Both the position numbers and the translations under genes were made by a program. From the NCBI GenBank assembly GCA_016748015.1, contig JAAOMT010000561.1:8026-72025 (forward strand): a DNA stretch of 64,000 nucleotides, in the 5' to 3' direction. Source of the stretch: Geosiphon pyriformis uo1 (Eukaryota; Fungi; Glomeromycota). Shown here one piece after another: positions 37,208-51,119 of this stretch. The stretch's first letter is position 1, and every line of letters starts with the position of its first letter. The notes under the pieces were generated by a model that did no database searches, had not been told where the DNA came from, and saw nothing but the letters and a program-made list of their open reading frames with translations.

Positions 37208-39505
37208 CAATAACTAAAAAAATAAGTAATAGTTAGTAATAATAAACAATTAAAAACAATCTTATAGAATTAAAAAATATGTATAAACACAAGTAGTTTT
37301 AACAAATAAATAAATAAAAAGTAATACAAAAATTTAATTACAATTTTTATTTTATTATTAATTTTAAAAACTTTTTTTCTTTTTTTTAATTTTTTATATT
37401 CCAAATTTACTAAATAAAACATTATTGTTTAAATCCACAAATTAATAATCTAAATTTTTAAAATTTTTAAAATTTAATTAATTGTTTTCATTTATTTTTA
37501 TTCTAGATCAAATGTTTTTAGCATAAATGGTTTGAAATCTTAATAACTTAGACCAATTGTTTTTGATTATAATAATTAACAAAATAGTAATTTTTTTATT
37601 TTATTTTATTTTATTCTCTTTATTTATTTATTTATTTTTCTTTTGTAAAGTAGCAAAATTAAAAATCAACTATAAGAAAATAAACTTTATAATAGTCTGA
37701 TAAAAAAAGAAAGCTTTTCTTAAGTTTAAATATTAATTTTATCTTGTTAGCTTATTAAAAAAGCAAAAAAATAATATTAAACTTTAGTAATTGTACTTAT
37801 TAGCTTAGAAAAAAATACAATTATAACAACATAATTAAAAAAACAATATCTCTGTATCTTATAACAAAAAAACTTAACAAATAGAATTTTAAGCAAAAAA
37901 ATCTTTAAAAACTAATAATTTACAATATAACTAAAGCCAATTTGTTTATTCTTTATATTATTTTTAATATTAAATCACAAATATTAAATGTTATAAACAT
38001 ATTCTACCAAGTTTATTCATAATAATATTATCAAGAATATATTAAAAAAAACATCATAAAATACAATAAAGATAGAAAAAAAAGAACCAAAAGTCATTAC
38101 AGAAGATTTTATAATCTTAAGTATAATTAAAAAAAGAGAACTACTAATAGAAACTTTAATAACAACAACCAAAAAACTCTTAAAAATAAAATTTACACAA
38201 AACAACTTAATATTATTTTTGAAAACTAACTTGAATTCAACAAAACCAGACAGTAAATAAAACAAAAAATTTACAAAACCAATTTAAATTTAAAAATAAT
38301 ATTAAACACCAAAGTAAAGACCATTTATTTAAAAATTTTTTGATAATTAAAAATTATTTTCCAAATATTATTAAAGACAACACCAAAAAACAAAAGAGCA
38401 AAAGTTAATTCAATTTTTATTTGATCAGTCTAATCCTTAAAATTAGATAACTTAATAAATTGTTTTGCTTTTAAAACCAGTAATAATCTGTTAAAAAACA
38501 TTATATTTGGCAATATAATTAGTAATTAATCTTGATTTATTATAAGAAACATACTATTGTTATTGTTACTTATATTAAAAAGAAAGCTGGTTATTGCTAA
38601 AAATATATTATTTAAAATTATAAAAAAGTTTGATATAAAAATAGTAAATACAAATAACTATTGTTGTTTTTTTAATTTTTTAATCTTTTTGGCTATTTAT
38701 AAGAAAGTAATAATAGTATTAGTAATAATAATAAGAAAAATTATATTGTTAATAAGTCTGTTGTTGAATACTTTTGGGTTTTTAAAAGAAGTAAAAACAA
38801 TATTAAAACTAACTTAAATATGTCTTAAAAAAAATTTGATTGAAAAAACCATTAGCCAAAAGTAAAAAAAATGCTTTAAAAGCTATCAAAAACAGTTTTT
38901 TACTATTAATATTTAAAAAAATATTGTTAAAACATTTTGTTTAACTATTTTAATAATAGAAAAACTTTTTTTTATTAAAACTTTATTAATTATTATAAGA
39001 AAGTAAAATTTGAAACTTTTTTACTTTTTGCTTTGATATAGTCATAAAAATAAAATAAAAAAAGTTTTTTATATTATTATTATTATTAAAAAATTAAATA
39101 TTATAAATATAAAAAATATATTTTTTTAGTTTTTGCTATTAAATAATTTATTCTATTTTTTTTAATAAAATTAGTATTTTATTATCTTTAAATTTTAATG
39201 TTTTTGGTGTTTTTGTTTCAAAATTAAATAGTTAAAAAACCAAAATAATTAAGCTTATAAGTTTTTTTAATATTGTTTTTTTAAAGTTAAAAATAAAATC
39301 AAATTATAATTTATAAACAAATTTAAAAACCATTAAAATATTTATTTTTAAAATTAATTTTATTTAATTGGATTTTAAAGTTGTAATTATTAATATTATT
39401 AATATTATTAAATATGATTATAAAATTTTTAAAATAGCTAAACAATTTTTGTTAATTTGTTTATTATTTAAAAATTGGGTTTTAATCATAATTTTAGGTT
39501 TATAT

Positions 39506-41265
39506 TGTTACAGATAATTATTTGGGATCTCAAATCAAATAACAAATCCATAACTTGGTGCTCAATATCTTGACAATGCTAGTAATACTAGTATATTGGT
39601 TGTATCTGAAGGTTTTAGAGTTGAGTCCTTTGTATAATAAACAGAAATTCAATGACAATATAGTTGGTTGGTGAGTTGTGTTCCCAATTTCTGTTTTCAG
39701 CTTGGTGGCCAGTATTACTGGAGGTTTTTAGTCTCTTTTTTTGAATGTTGTAAATGTCTGTTGATTGCAAATTTATGTTTTCTAGAAGTAGTTAAACCTC
39801 CAATAACTGAATTTATTTTCAAATTATCTTCTATAATTTGAACTGCTGGGCTTATGAGTGAAATGGCCAATTCCGTGTCAATTACTTTGTATAGTTACAT
39901 TGTAGTAAATATCAACTCTTTCCCAGGAATTGCTTGTCTGGAAGCTCACTAAAAATGTGTAGTTACTTTGCTGTGAAAGTCAACTCTTCTACAAGAATCT
40001 CATCTGTAGGCTACTCTAATGATTGTAATAACAAAATAAAAAAAAAATAAAAAAAATGTAAAAGAAATAGGATTTTATTAAGAAAAACGTTTTTTATTCA
40101 GGTTTAGAGTCACTAACAGTTTACTGAAATTGGTAGCTAATTAATTTCGAAATGTTAGTTGGGTTTTGGGGATTTTTCAAGTGCAATAATTAAAAAATTT
40201 GGTTTTTTTGAATTATTTGATATTTATTTCTTTTTGTGTGTATAGGAATGGTTTTAAGTAATAAATCTAAAGTAAGATACATTTTTTTGAAGAAAAAAGC
40301 TCTTCTTTTATACAATTTATTGTAGTACTAGTCTATGAACTTGCACTTTTTCTCTTTGCTCAAATTTTGGCAAACTAAAGATATATTTTGATGGACTACA
40401 AGTTATTTTGCTGAACTATTAATTAATTTGAGTGAACTATTCATAATTTCGGCGAATTTCTATAAATTTCGGTAAATTTTTGAATGTTACAAAGTTCAGA
40501 GTATTGTGTAATTTGATCATCCTACTTTCTGTTATACTAATTGGATTATTTAATTGAATTGTGATATGTGATAATTGATTAAATAATAAATAATAATTTG
40601 AAATGATATTAATATACTAATTAATTATAGGAATTATAAGGGTAATTTTATGCTAATTAATAGCTAAAATTTTACTGGTAACACCAGTTTATTCTGGCAG
40701 TCATGCCCTTCTGGTAAGCTATCCATTAATATATATATAATTTTACTCTTATTTCTGGGTTTTTTACCAGGCTATCCGTGATGTCAATTACTCAGTGCTT
40801 TAATCTTTAATCAGTTAGTATACAACAGTAAAAATCAAAGAAAGAAAGAAATAAAAGAAAATAAAGAAATGAGCCAAGGCGATATGTATGTTAGTATCTC
40901 GTCAATAGTCATGATCAAAAGCTATTGTTTCAGTGTGGTTAGGTATCAATTACTATCAACATAAAGTGTTGATAATAGAAAGTGGGTTTGAATAGTGAAT
41001 GATTTATTTATTTAATATTTGTGGATGGAAGATTTCTAACTAAAGGATTCTTATCTTTCTACTTCTAATACTACCACAATATATACATAATTGATGTTCT
41101 ATGAGATCACTTACATTTCCGAGTGATGTGCTATAATTTCTTGAGCAATGTGCTGTAATTTCTATCATTGCTCTACATTGCTAAGCAATATGTTCATGTA
41201 CTACATACTATTCACTTATTGGTCTACTATTCTCCCTATATCTGTTTTTCTTTTTATGAGTAACA
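39506..41265 (-). mobile_element. Solo LTR family B containing solo LTR A
   Basis: TGTTAC...GTAACA termini, TSD ATAT. Confidence 0.92.
39713..40683 (-). mobile_element. Solo LTR family A
   Basis: T(A)TTACTGG...GGTAACA termini, TSD CCAG. Confidence 0.93.
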
Positions 41266-42239
41266 ATATTCTAAAATTTTCTAAAAAAAAATTAGCTTAA
41301 ATAAATAATAATAGTCAAAACTTTAAATAATAATATTTTTATTGTTTTAAAAGATAATTTTAATTAAAATAAATATAATTATAATATTAATTTTAAAAAA
41401 TTTTTAAATTTAAGTTTATATATCTTTTTAGTAAATTTTTTTAATAAAAATTTTAATGTTGCTTAATTTTAAAAATATAAATAAATATATAAATTTTGTT
41501 TTTGTTAATAATAATCTTTTTAGTTTGACTTATAATTTAATAATCTATAAATTTGGTAAATTTTTTAATATTAATTATCAATTATGTTTATAAATATCAG
41601 TTTAAATAAATATAATATATAATTAAACTAATAAAAATTAATAAAAATACAAAATTTAATAAAATATAAGTAAATTTTAATAATAAATTTAATAAAACAA
41701 AAAGTATTAATAATTTAAATACAATATAAAATGTTTTTAATAAAATAATATGCTTTTTTATTAATAAAATTTTATTAAAAATTTAATATTAAAAAAATAA
41801 TGTTGTTAAAAATATTAAGTTTTTTGGTTTTTTGAATTAAAGTTATTAATTTTAAAAATATTAATAATTTTTAAATTGAATAATATAAACAAATTATAAA
41901 ATTTTTTAAATACATAATTTAAATTAAATTTAATTAAAGCTATTAAATTTTTATTTTTATTTAAAACAATTATTAAGATATTATTATAAAAAATGATTTT
42001 TGGTAAATTTAAATATTTTATTATAAATATTACCAAATTTTGAATAATAATATCAGTTTTTTTGGTATTATAAAGTATTTAATAATTTAAACTTTTTTTA
42101 ATAAGTTTTATTAATTTCTAATAAAACATAATTAATTTTTTTGTTTATATAGTATTTTTAGTTTGTTTATTACTATAATACTTTATTATCTTTTGTAATA
42201 GTATATTTTTTTTTATATATATTAAATATTAAATTATAT

Positions 42240-42670
42240 GTACTATTTTGTAAAGACTTTGTGCTTAGAAATTAATATTGTAAAGCTATATAGATATTTA
42301 ATAATCATAAAAAAGCTATTTATATATTAGTCAATTTTGTATATAGATTGAATAAATGTTATTACTCAAATTTGTAAAAATTTAGGTCTAAATACAAGAT
42401 TTATATGGAAAGACATAAGTTAATTGGCAATAACAAAATAATACTTAGTGTTTTTTATATTTTAATGACAAAATTATCAAATAAAGTGATTAAATTAATT
42501 AATATTGATAAGTTATTTAGTATTAGTTTTGGTTTTTATAAGTTTTGTTTGTTTTTTTCAAATTTAAATAATGAAGTTTCTGTCTATATAAGTATATATT
42601 ATTTCTTAATTAGTCCAAATAATTAATTACATATAAAAAGAGTATAAATTATATTTAGTTGAGATCTTTA
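42240..42670 (+). mobile_element. 3' end of an ancient LINE copy (tail resumes at 50984-51027)
   Basis: KVIKLINIDKLFSISFGFYKFCLFFS matches the ORF2 C-terminus, followed by a decayed 3' UTR. Confidence 0.75.
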
Positions 42671-42687
42671 GTTTTGATTCTATATAT

Positions 42688-45600
42688 ATTTTTTTTATTA
42701 TGTTTAACGAGTGAGGTCCAAATACAACCTAGGACTATACATTATATAAATGATCTAAACTAAGAGTGAATCATGCTTTTTCTACACATGACCAGCCACT
42801 CAGACCAATCAGAACAACACTACGCACCTATCTTAACAGAGACAAAATCTCCTATACCTGAAAAAAACAAACAAGATTTATAAAAGCCAAAACCAACACC
42901 AAAAGCCTCAACGACATCCAACAACCTAACCACACCAGCCGAAAGCACCATAGGTAAACCAGAAACCAGGACAGGAATAGAATCATCACAAGGAATAAGT
43001 CTATTCCTCTTCATAAAAACTCGGTGTTTGGTATGGACCAGCCAAAATTCATTGTGAAATGTGAAGCAAAACTCACGCACAAAACACACAATATTCGAAG
43101 CCGCAATCTTAGCATTCTTAAAGACTGAAAAAAATTCACGATACCAATCATTGAAAACAAAACTCTTATACAGAGTAGTACTAATTATAGCATTGGAAAA
43201 ACAAGAGGCCAATAAATGCGAGACACACAAAGTAGATCGAGAGAAACCAGACTGCACTTCCCAAAAAGATGCATGAGCATCCAGTAACCAAGCATGACCA
43301 GCAGCATCAAAAAAACAAATAAAGACATGGTCCAAGAATTCTACATCACCACAGAACAAACACACCACACTGGAATAGCACCTATCATACAAATGCTTAT
43401 GCACAGCAACAGGAAGCCAATGATAGAGAGATTTCATAAAGTATGTTCAAAGACCAGCAGTACGTGTACTGATAAAACCAGCAGCCAAATGAGAATTAGG
43501 ATGCCAAACTAAAAAAGACTTAGACCAGTTAACACCATCATGCAAACCAGCTGCCAAGATCTGGGAATCAGAACCAACCTCTCAACATGCACGAAAAATA
43601 GACTGAAACACATCACGAACAAAGTGCCTAGAATTTCCAGAAACCACATTGCCTCCAGCTCTCAAAAAACGTTCACTGACCAAATAGGACAAATGCCAAG
43701 TAGAGAGCACCACCTTCTTAGCAAGCTCATTCACATGCTTATTGCCTGAAATGCCTGAATGACCCTTAACTTTAATCCAATTTACAGTTAAATTCTTATG
43801 ACAAACTACATTAGCAATATGGTAACACTCTATCCAACAATAATTCCTGAAGTCTGGATGAGCCAATAATAATTTTGACTTGCATGCATCCAAAGCAACT
43901 TGGCTATCTGAGAACAAATCAACTGCACAAGAAGAAGGAACACACTCAAGAGCCAAAACAATGGCCTGCAATTCAGACAAAGTAGAAGAAACCAAACCAG
44001 ACACCCCCACACCTAAACCAGAATTAATGTCCTCAAAAAAAACCACAGTTTCAGCTTTTATGGCAACAATTCTCAAACCACTCAGAGATCCATTCATGTA
44101 CACAGAAAGGCAGGCAGTGTCAGTAGCCGACAGATTGTCACAGATAATACCAAAATCATGAAATTGACAAACATCAGACAGAATAGAATTTTTCACAAAA
44201 AAAGAGCATGCAGGAGAAGAAGCAATACTGCCAAGAAAACATGTAGAAAGATCAAACCAGAAAAGAATCGGACCATGGGGGTCTAATTTCTTCCATTGTT
44301 TGAATGTCTACCAACTGAAAACAACATCATTTCGATTGTGTAATTGTTCCACAAAAACAATACCATATCGCTTGAGTGAAGAGACACATTTTAGAAAATT
44401 GGTTTTACCAAAAACAAGAGACATAAGAGTACCACCCCGAAAACGGAAAGCACAGGCCAGAGATTTGCCCAGAGACAGATCACATCCAGAGAAAATACAA
44501 ACCACATCTGCTAAGAAATTATTTGAAGAACTAACACTAACATAAACTAGAAACTGCAAGGGGTAATAAAAACGCCAGCTGGGAACCTAGAAGTCGTAAG
44601 ACCTGTAAGAAAACAAGCAGCCCAAAATACAACTGAATTTGCAAAAGCAATGATGGAGGCCAATTTGCTTTCTGCCTGAATTTGTTTAAAAGTCTTCAAA
44701 CTATACAAAGAAGGATGATAAAGTGCATTATTGAGAAAATCAAGCAGCAGCCCAGACTTAGACTTCAAGCCTTTGCAAATCAAAGCATCCCATTTATTAC
44801 ACACACTAACAGAAACAAAGCTGAACTGAGTCCTGTAGCTAACAATAGGGAACAGAACAGCAAAAGCCAAATAACTGAATTGTTTATCCGAGATAACTTT
44901 CTTCAGAACAAGATTGACAAAAAATCAGATGTCCGAGTGAGTCTTGGCCAAGCTGAGCACTAAAAAACCATTAGAAGACAAAAAAATTCCAAGATAATAA
45001 TAAGGTTCATCTTTTTTGGCTATGGAAATAGGCAAGCCACTGACAGTTAGATAAGAAGTCTCAACCTGGCAGTTGATGAAAATAGCCATGGTTTTGTCAT
45101 TGTTAATTGAAATGTCATTAATTCTGAAGAACTCACTAGCAATGTCCAAAATGTGTTGTGTAGCGGCCTGGCTGCTACCAACCCAGATGGTATCATTAAC
45201 AAAAGCACCAGCAGCAAAAAACAATGTCAATTCAGCCTGAGATTTCACACAGCCAGTATTGAAAATGAAATGCGAATTCAACCTGTAACCACACACCTCT
45301 TTTTGTCTCTTGACCTTACACATAAGCGAATTGTAAAATATGTGCCAAAAAAGTGGTGAGAAAACTTCACCCTGATCCAAACTATCACGAACCACATATC
45401 CACTAGTCAAGCCAAAATCTGTTATCATCCTATTCCTGCGATTATTGTGAATGCTACCAAAAAATCTAATGAACTTGTTACATATTTTAATCCTGATCAA
45501 ACTCCTCTTGTGATGTTCCCAACCAACCAAATCATATGCTTTGTGCATGTCCTGTAAAACCAGCCATAGCTCTCTGTTTTTCTCCAAGATGTTCTCGACC

Positions 45601-48600
45601 ATAGAACCAATGGGAAAAATAGGTGACTGCATTGTTGTACCCTTTAAAACAGAAAAATTGTCCCTTTGTAAAATGTCAAACTCACTACAAGCCGAAGATA
45701 TTCTGTCCAATAAAATTTTGAAAAGAATCTTGCAGGCTGTTTCAATCAAAGCAATAGGATGGGTGTTTGTAAGAACACTCTCCTATTTATAAGATTTAGG
45801 AATTATCAAAACCCAGGCACCAATTCACAAACCAGGCAGAGATTTAAAAGCACCAACAGCATATTCAGAACCACTCTGTCGTAATGCTTCCATAATTCAT
45901 TAGAGATACCAGAAAAACCAGCCACTTTTTTATTAGGCAAGCTCGAAATGACACTGAACATCTCATCAAAACTAATCGAGTTCATGACACTAGAGAAAGC
46001 ATTATCAAAAACATAGTCCAAAGACTGAAATTGGCATTTCCAATCATCAAAGAAGTCCAAAACTACCAACCATCTCCTAGTCCATCCCTTTATAATCCCA
46101 TCCACTTTAGATTTAACCAGCTCAGGTTCCAAAACCAACTTATCATCCATTACCAAATGATCCAACACTATCTTGTGAAATAGACACTCCAAAACACTTC
46201 TGATAGTACAACTCTTATTCAACTCAAAACTCTTTATCTTACTCTCAATGGCCTGTCTTATCTGAGATTCCTTAGCACACTTAGATTCCAGCATCTTGGA
46301 AAAGTGGTAAGACTTCTTTGCCTTAGCCAGCTCAGAGCAAATATCATCAAAACCAGACTCTGAAAGGAAAAGAAGACTTCACCAACAAAGTGCCAACAAA
46401 GTCAAGCCTGTCCCACATATCCAACAACAGAGCAAAATCACTCCCAAAAATCAAATGGGAAGCCTTTACCAGCTTAGAAACCAGCAACTCCAGCTTATAA
46501 AACCTGGAAGACACCTTATTGAAAACACTGTCAAAACCTTTGAACCACTTTTTCTTGAAAGTCCCACTTGCTGAAAGAATCATGATTTTGTGAATAATGT
46601 TCCACATCACATCCAAATCTGAAAATTTTTCAGCTGCAACAAATGCATTTAAGAACATAGAGACATTGACAGCCATATCATCTCTGAACTCAGTCCACTT
46701 CAACTCATCCGCATTCTTGACATCAAACTTTCAGTGATCTTTGTTGGCCTGCTTACGTATTGAAGAAAGCCTTGTGTCCAACAATTCACCCAGACCCACA
46801 AAAACAGAAACAGCTTTATGATCAGTGTCAAAAAAATCATCAACATTTAACATGCCATGATTCATGATCGCATTAACCAAGTTAAAAGAAAGAAACACAT
46901 AATCAATTATCTTAGCAACACCACAAGAATTGCACCAAGTTGGTAACTTAGCAAGAGAACTCTCACCCAAAGAGTTGACCAAACCCAAATCAAAGCACTT
47001 CTTGAAACTGGCACACTTGTGAGATCTGTTTTTATTGAAGTCACTACTAAGGATAATGAAGGAGAATTCATTCACAGCTCTAGTAATGAGAGAATTAATA
47101 TCATCAGCCTGAGAAAAATGAACTGCCAAAGAAGCACCAGCATACAGCCCCAAAATGGAAACCAAGAGTCTGTTTCTGAAAAGCAATTTTACTAACAGGA
47201 GCTGACCAGGCATCTCTAAAACCTTGCACACATGTTTTGCCAGAGATGAATTCATAATAATTGCAACACCAGATCCCATGTGACCAGAATTCAGACCTGA
47301 AGTAAAAACATAAACACCAGCAAACCTATCTGCAATCCAGGGGTGGATTTTTCCCCTCAACTTTGTTTCAGTAACAATAGAAATCAGATTGTTCATATCA
47401 TTATGCCAACATACAATGTCTGTCTGTTTTGCACAATTGTTTATTTCTCTAACATTGCATGTAGCAATCTTCCAAGTAAACTCACTTATTGAGAAGGGGG
47501 TTGTAGAAGTGTACCAACAGCCAGAGCCAAACTGTCAAAACGAGCAGACAAACTCAGCACCAAAACAGTAAGGCCTTCCAACATATTTTCCAACTTAACA
47601 ACATGGAAGGACATGGAAGAGTCCTTTGCAGTATAAGTAGCAGCAGCAGTAGCAGTAGCAATCTTATTACAAGTGGACTCACCCGAATCCACTCCTATTA
47701 CTATATCTTTCTCTTGATTCTGTAATGGAAGAGGTCACCGGCAGCTAATATCCAGGGCTAGGCTAGAAAACTGCTGGCACAAGTGAATTCAACCTCCTAG
47801 CCAACTCACCAATTTGTCCCACAAAACTGACAAGACTGTTTTCAATGCTGACCAACCATTTTTCCAAATCATTTACAATAGGAGAAAGAGGTTTACCATT
47901 ATTAATGGAACCAGAAGAAGGAACCTGTTGACAAGAAGAAACACCAGAAGGAGCACCAACTATTGACACCCAAGTTCTTCCACCAAACAAAGCTGGATGA
48001 AAGACAGGAGCTGATTTTCTTTTATAAATTACAGCCAGATGAACATGATCCTGATCAGAAACCACTTGTTTCTCATGAACACCAGAACTCCCACCCACAG
48101 AACAATTGGCAGTGATATGACCAAATTGTGTATACTGTGTACAATATGCCAAGCAAAGACCAGCTCAGTGCAAATTTACACTCTTAAAAACTGGAATTGA
48201 ACCAACAGCAGCCAACTTGGACACCTCATTCTCAAAACAGATTACAGCACACTGATCACAAACATACAAAGAAGGATTATGGCCAATGAAACAAGTCTTC
48301 TCATCATATGACTTAAGTAAACCAGAGAAATCATGAGCTGTAGTGCCAACAAGTAAGGTATACAACAATGCCCAATGTTGATCCCTCAATACCCACGTTT
48401 GTTTATTCTCTACAGCCAAAGCCACATGCACAGAATTTTTTCCCACCAGAACAGACCACTTGGAAGCAACCTGGTTGACAACTTCAGCTGACTCAAACTC
48501 TACTAGAGCCTTTTGTCAAAGACCAATTAACTGCATCCTGACTGATTTGATTGCACCAAACTTGNNNNNNNNNNNNNNNNNNNNGAGTCTGTTTCTGAAA

Positions 48601-50966
48601 AGCAATTTTACTAACAGGAGCTGACCAGGCATCTCTAAAACCTTGCACACATGTTTTGCCAGAGATGAATTCATAATAATTGCAACACCAGATCCCATGT
48701 GACCAGAATTCAGACCTGAAGTAAAAACATAAACACCAGCAAACCTATCTGCAATCCAGGGGTGGATTTTTCCCCTCAACTTTGTTTCAGTAACAATAGA
48801 AATCAGATTGTTCATATCATTATGCCAACATACAATGTCTGTCTGTTTTGCACAATTGTTTATTTCTCTAACATTGCATGTAGCAATCTTCCAAGTAAAC
48901 TCACTTATTGAGAAGGGGGTTGTAGAAGTGTACCAACAGCCAGAGCCAAACTGTCAAAACGAGCAGACAAACTCAGCACCAAAACAGTAAGGCCTTCCAA
49001 CATATTTTCCAACTTAACAACATGGAAGGACATGGAAGAGTCCTTTGCAGTATAAGTAGCAGCAGCAGTAGCAGTAGCAATCTTATTACAAGTGGACTCA
49101 CCCGAATCCACTCCTATTACTATATCTTTCTCTTGATTCTGTAATGGAAGAGGTCACCGGCAGCTAATATCCAGGGCTAGGCTAGAAAACTGCTGGCACA
49201 AGTGAATTCAACCTCCTAGCCAACTCACCAATTTGTCCCACAAAACTGACAAGACTGTTTTCAATGCTGACCAACCATTTTTCCAAATCATTTACAATAG
49301 GAGAAAGAGGTTTACCATTATTAATGGAACCAGAAGAAGGAACCTGTTGACAAGAAGAAACACCAGAAGGAGCACCAACTATTGACACCCAAGTTCTTCC
49401 ACCAAACAAAGCTGGATGAAAGACAGGAGCTGATTTTCTTTTATAAATTACAGCCAGATGAACATGATCCTGATCAGAAACCACTTGTTTCTCATGAACA
49501 CCAGAACTCCCACCCACAGAACAATTGGCAGTGATATGACCAAATTGTGTATACTGTGTACAATATGCCAAGCAAAGACCAGCTCAGTGCAAATTTACAC
49601 TCTTAAAAACTGGAATTGAACCAACAGCAGCCAACTTGGACACCTCATTCTCAAAACAGATTACAGCACACTGATCACAAACATACAAAGAAGGATTATG
49701 GCCAATGAAACAAGTCTTCTCATCATATGACTTAAGTAAACCAGAGAAATCATGAGCTGTAGTGCCAACAAGTAAGGTATACAACAATGCCCAATGTTGA
49801 TCCCTCAATACCCACGTTTGTTTATTCTCTACAGCCAAAGCCACATGCACAGAATTTTTTCCCACCAGAACAGACCACTTGGAAGCAACCTGGTTGACAA
49901 CTTCAGCTGACTCAAACTCTACTAGAGCCTTTTGTCAAAGACCAATTAACTGCATCCTGACTGATTTGATTGCACCAAACTTGAAAAACACAGCCTCTAT
50001 TGCTAATTTGGGAAGATCAACTGGAATCTCCTTGATGATTATTTTCCGATCTGTACAGTTGTTTACTTTTTTGAGATTAGTATTGACAACAACTTTCTCA
50101 TTGATTGCCATTAATTTGGTCTTATTCAAACTAGATTCACTTGTAAAAGTTAATCTTATGATTCCTGGAAATTTTGAGAGAGTCGAAGCACCCCCAAAGC
50201 CATCAATACAATAAAAAATTCTCTTAATTGAAATCAACTTATCACTAATAGTTTTTCCAGGCACATTTGACAATTTTACATCTAAGGCAAACGATTTAAT
50301 TGGTTCAAAGACGCGACATTCCAAAACACATGAAATCACAGGCAGCAGCCAATTAAATCCAGCAAATTTAGCTCCAGGAAGCACCAACTCAGTATTGTTG
50401 TCACTTATGCTAGTAAAGAAAATTGTCTTTGGCGGCTGTCCCAGAACAAAGGTTCCAGTTTGCGTTTTCCTAAGAGTTACATTGTCTTCCATTTTATCAG
50501 TCTCTAAAGCATTGAGATCCATGTAACTCATTTCCCTAGCAACTATGCTCTCTAACTTCTCAGCATCTAACACTTCACTAACATCCACTTCCTCACTATC
50601 CACCTCACTTCCCCAAGATCTCTGCAGCCCAACACTATTACCATGTAGCATACTCACTAAGAGCATGCTGTCTGACGAGTCCACAACACCACTAGAGACA
50701 CCAAACAACTTCGTTTTTTTATATGAAAGACCACGTGAATATATACTCTCAACACATATTTTAATTTTTTTGCTGTCAGACTGGGACCCCAACCCAGCCG
50801 AATTTGAACTCGAAGCACCAGCAGAAGAGTCTACTGGATTCATAGACACAAATAGAGGTATGTCTGAAGAAATAATGAAAGAGACAAAGGGAAAAAAAGG
50901 TAAAGAAGGCTATCTTTTTAACAACTCCAAGCTTTCATTGTGGTCAGAGGATCAATAAAAAAAAAA
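42688..50966 (-). mobile_element. Full-length LINE (ORF1; ORF2 = APE endonuclease-RT-RNase H-Cys/His finger), degenerate
   Basis: 17-bp TSD GTTTTGATTCTATATAT (42671-42687/50967-50983). Motifs IVTETKL, DFN, IDYVF, TDHKAV, QDMHKAYD, QGEVFSP, FVND, ELQAI, SDSQ, KVKGHSG, CLFC...HVFIC. A-rich tail. Confidence 0.95.
47166..49983. other. Assembly gap (20 N, 48565-48584) flanked by an exact 1399-bp duplication
   Basis: 47166-48564 equals 48585-49983, giving identical ORF sets offset by 1419 bp. Confidence 0.92.
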
Positions 50967-51119
50967 GTTTTGATTCTATATATTAAATAATAATTAAACT
51001 ATATTTATTAAATTTAATAAAAAAAATATTGTCATAATTAATTAGTATTATTAAAATTATAATGTTAAATTTTTATTAATATTTTTAAATTGTGTTTTTT
51101 AGTAGTTTTTACAAATATT

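Larger units (their letters stand above)
33655..38024 (+). mobile_element. Old solo LTR family C, split by an ORF1-only element
   Basis: 33655-33885 and 37208-38024 align to 35369-36407. Termini mutated to TA...TA. TSD ATAT. Confidence 0.75.
32878..39063 (-). mobile_element. Decayed ORF1-type element related to 33886-37207, split by old LTR C
   Basis: 38400-39063 is the reverse complement of 33886-34560. Continues at 32878-33650; 3' end not resolved. Confidence 0.6.

Noticed and set aside
31607-42036. Many short I/K/F/L/N-rich ORFs
   Set aside because: Compositional artefacts of AT-decayed repeats.
41300-42200. Organelle or endosymbiont insertion suggested by extreme AT content
   Set aside because: Contiguous with recognisable LINE remnants and has no organellar gene motifs.
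47166-49983. Tandem duplication inside the LINE
   Set aside because: Exactly identical and centred on a 20-N gap in otherwise heavily mutated DNA, so it is an unmerged contig overlap.
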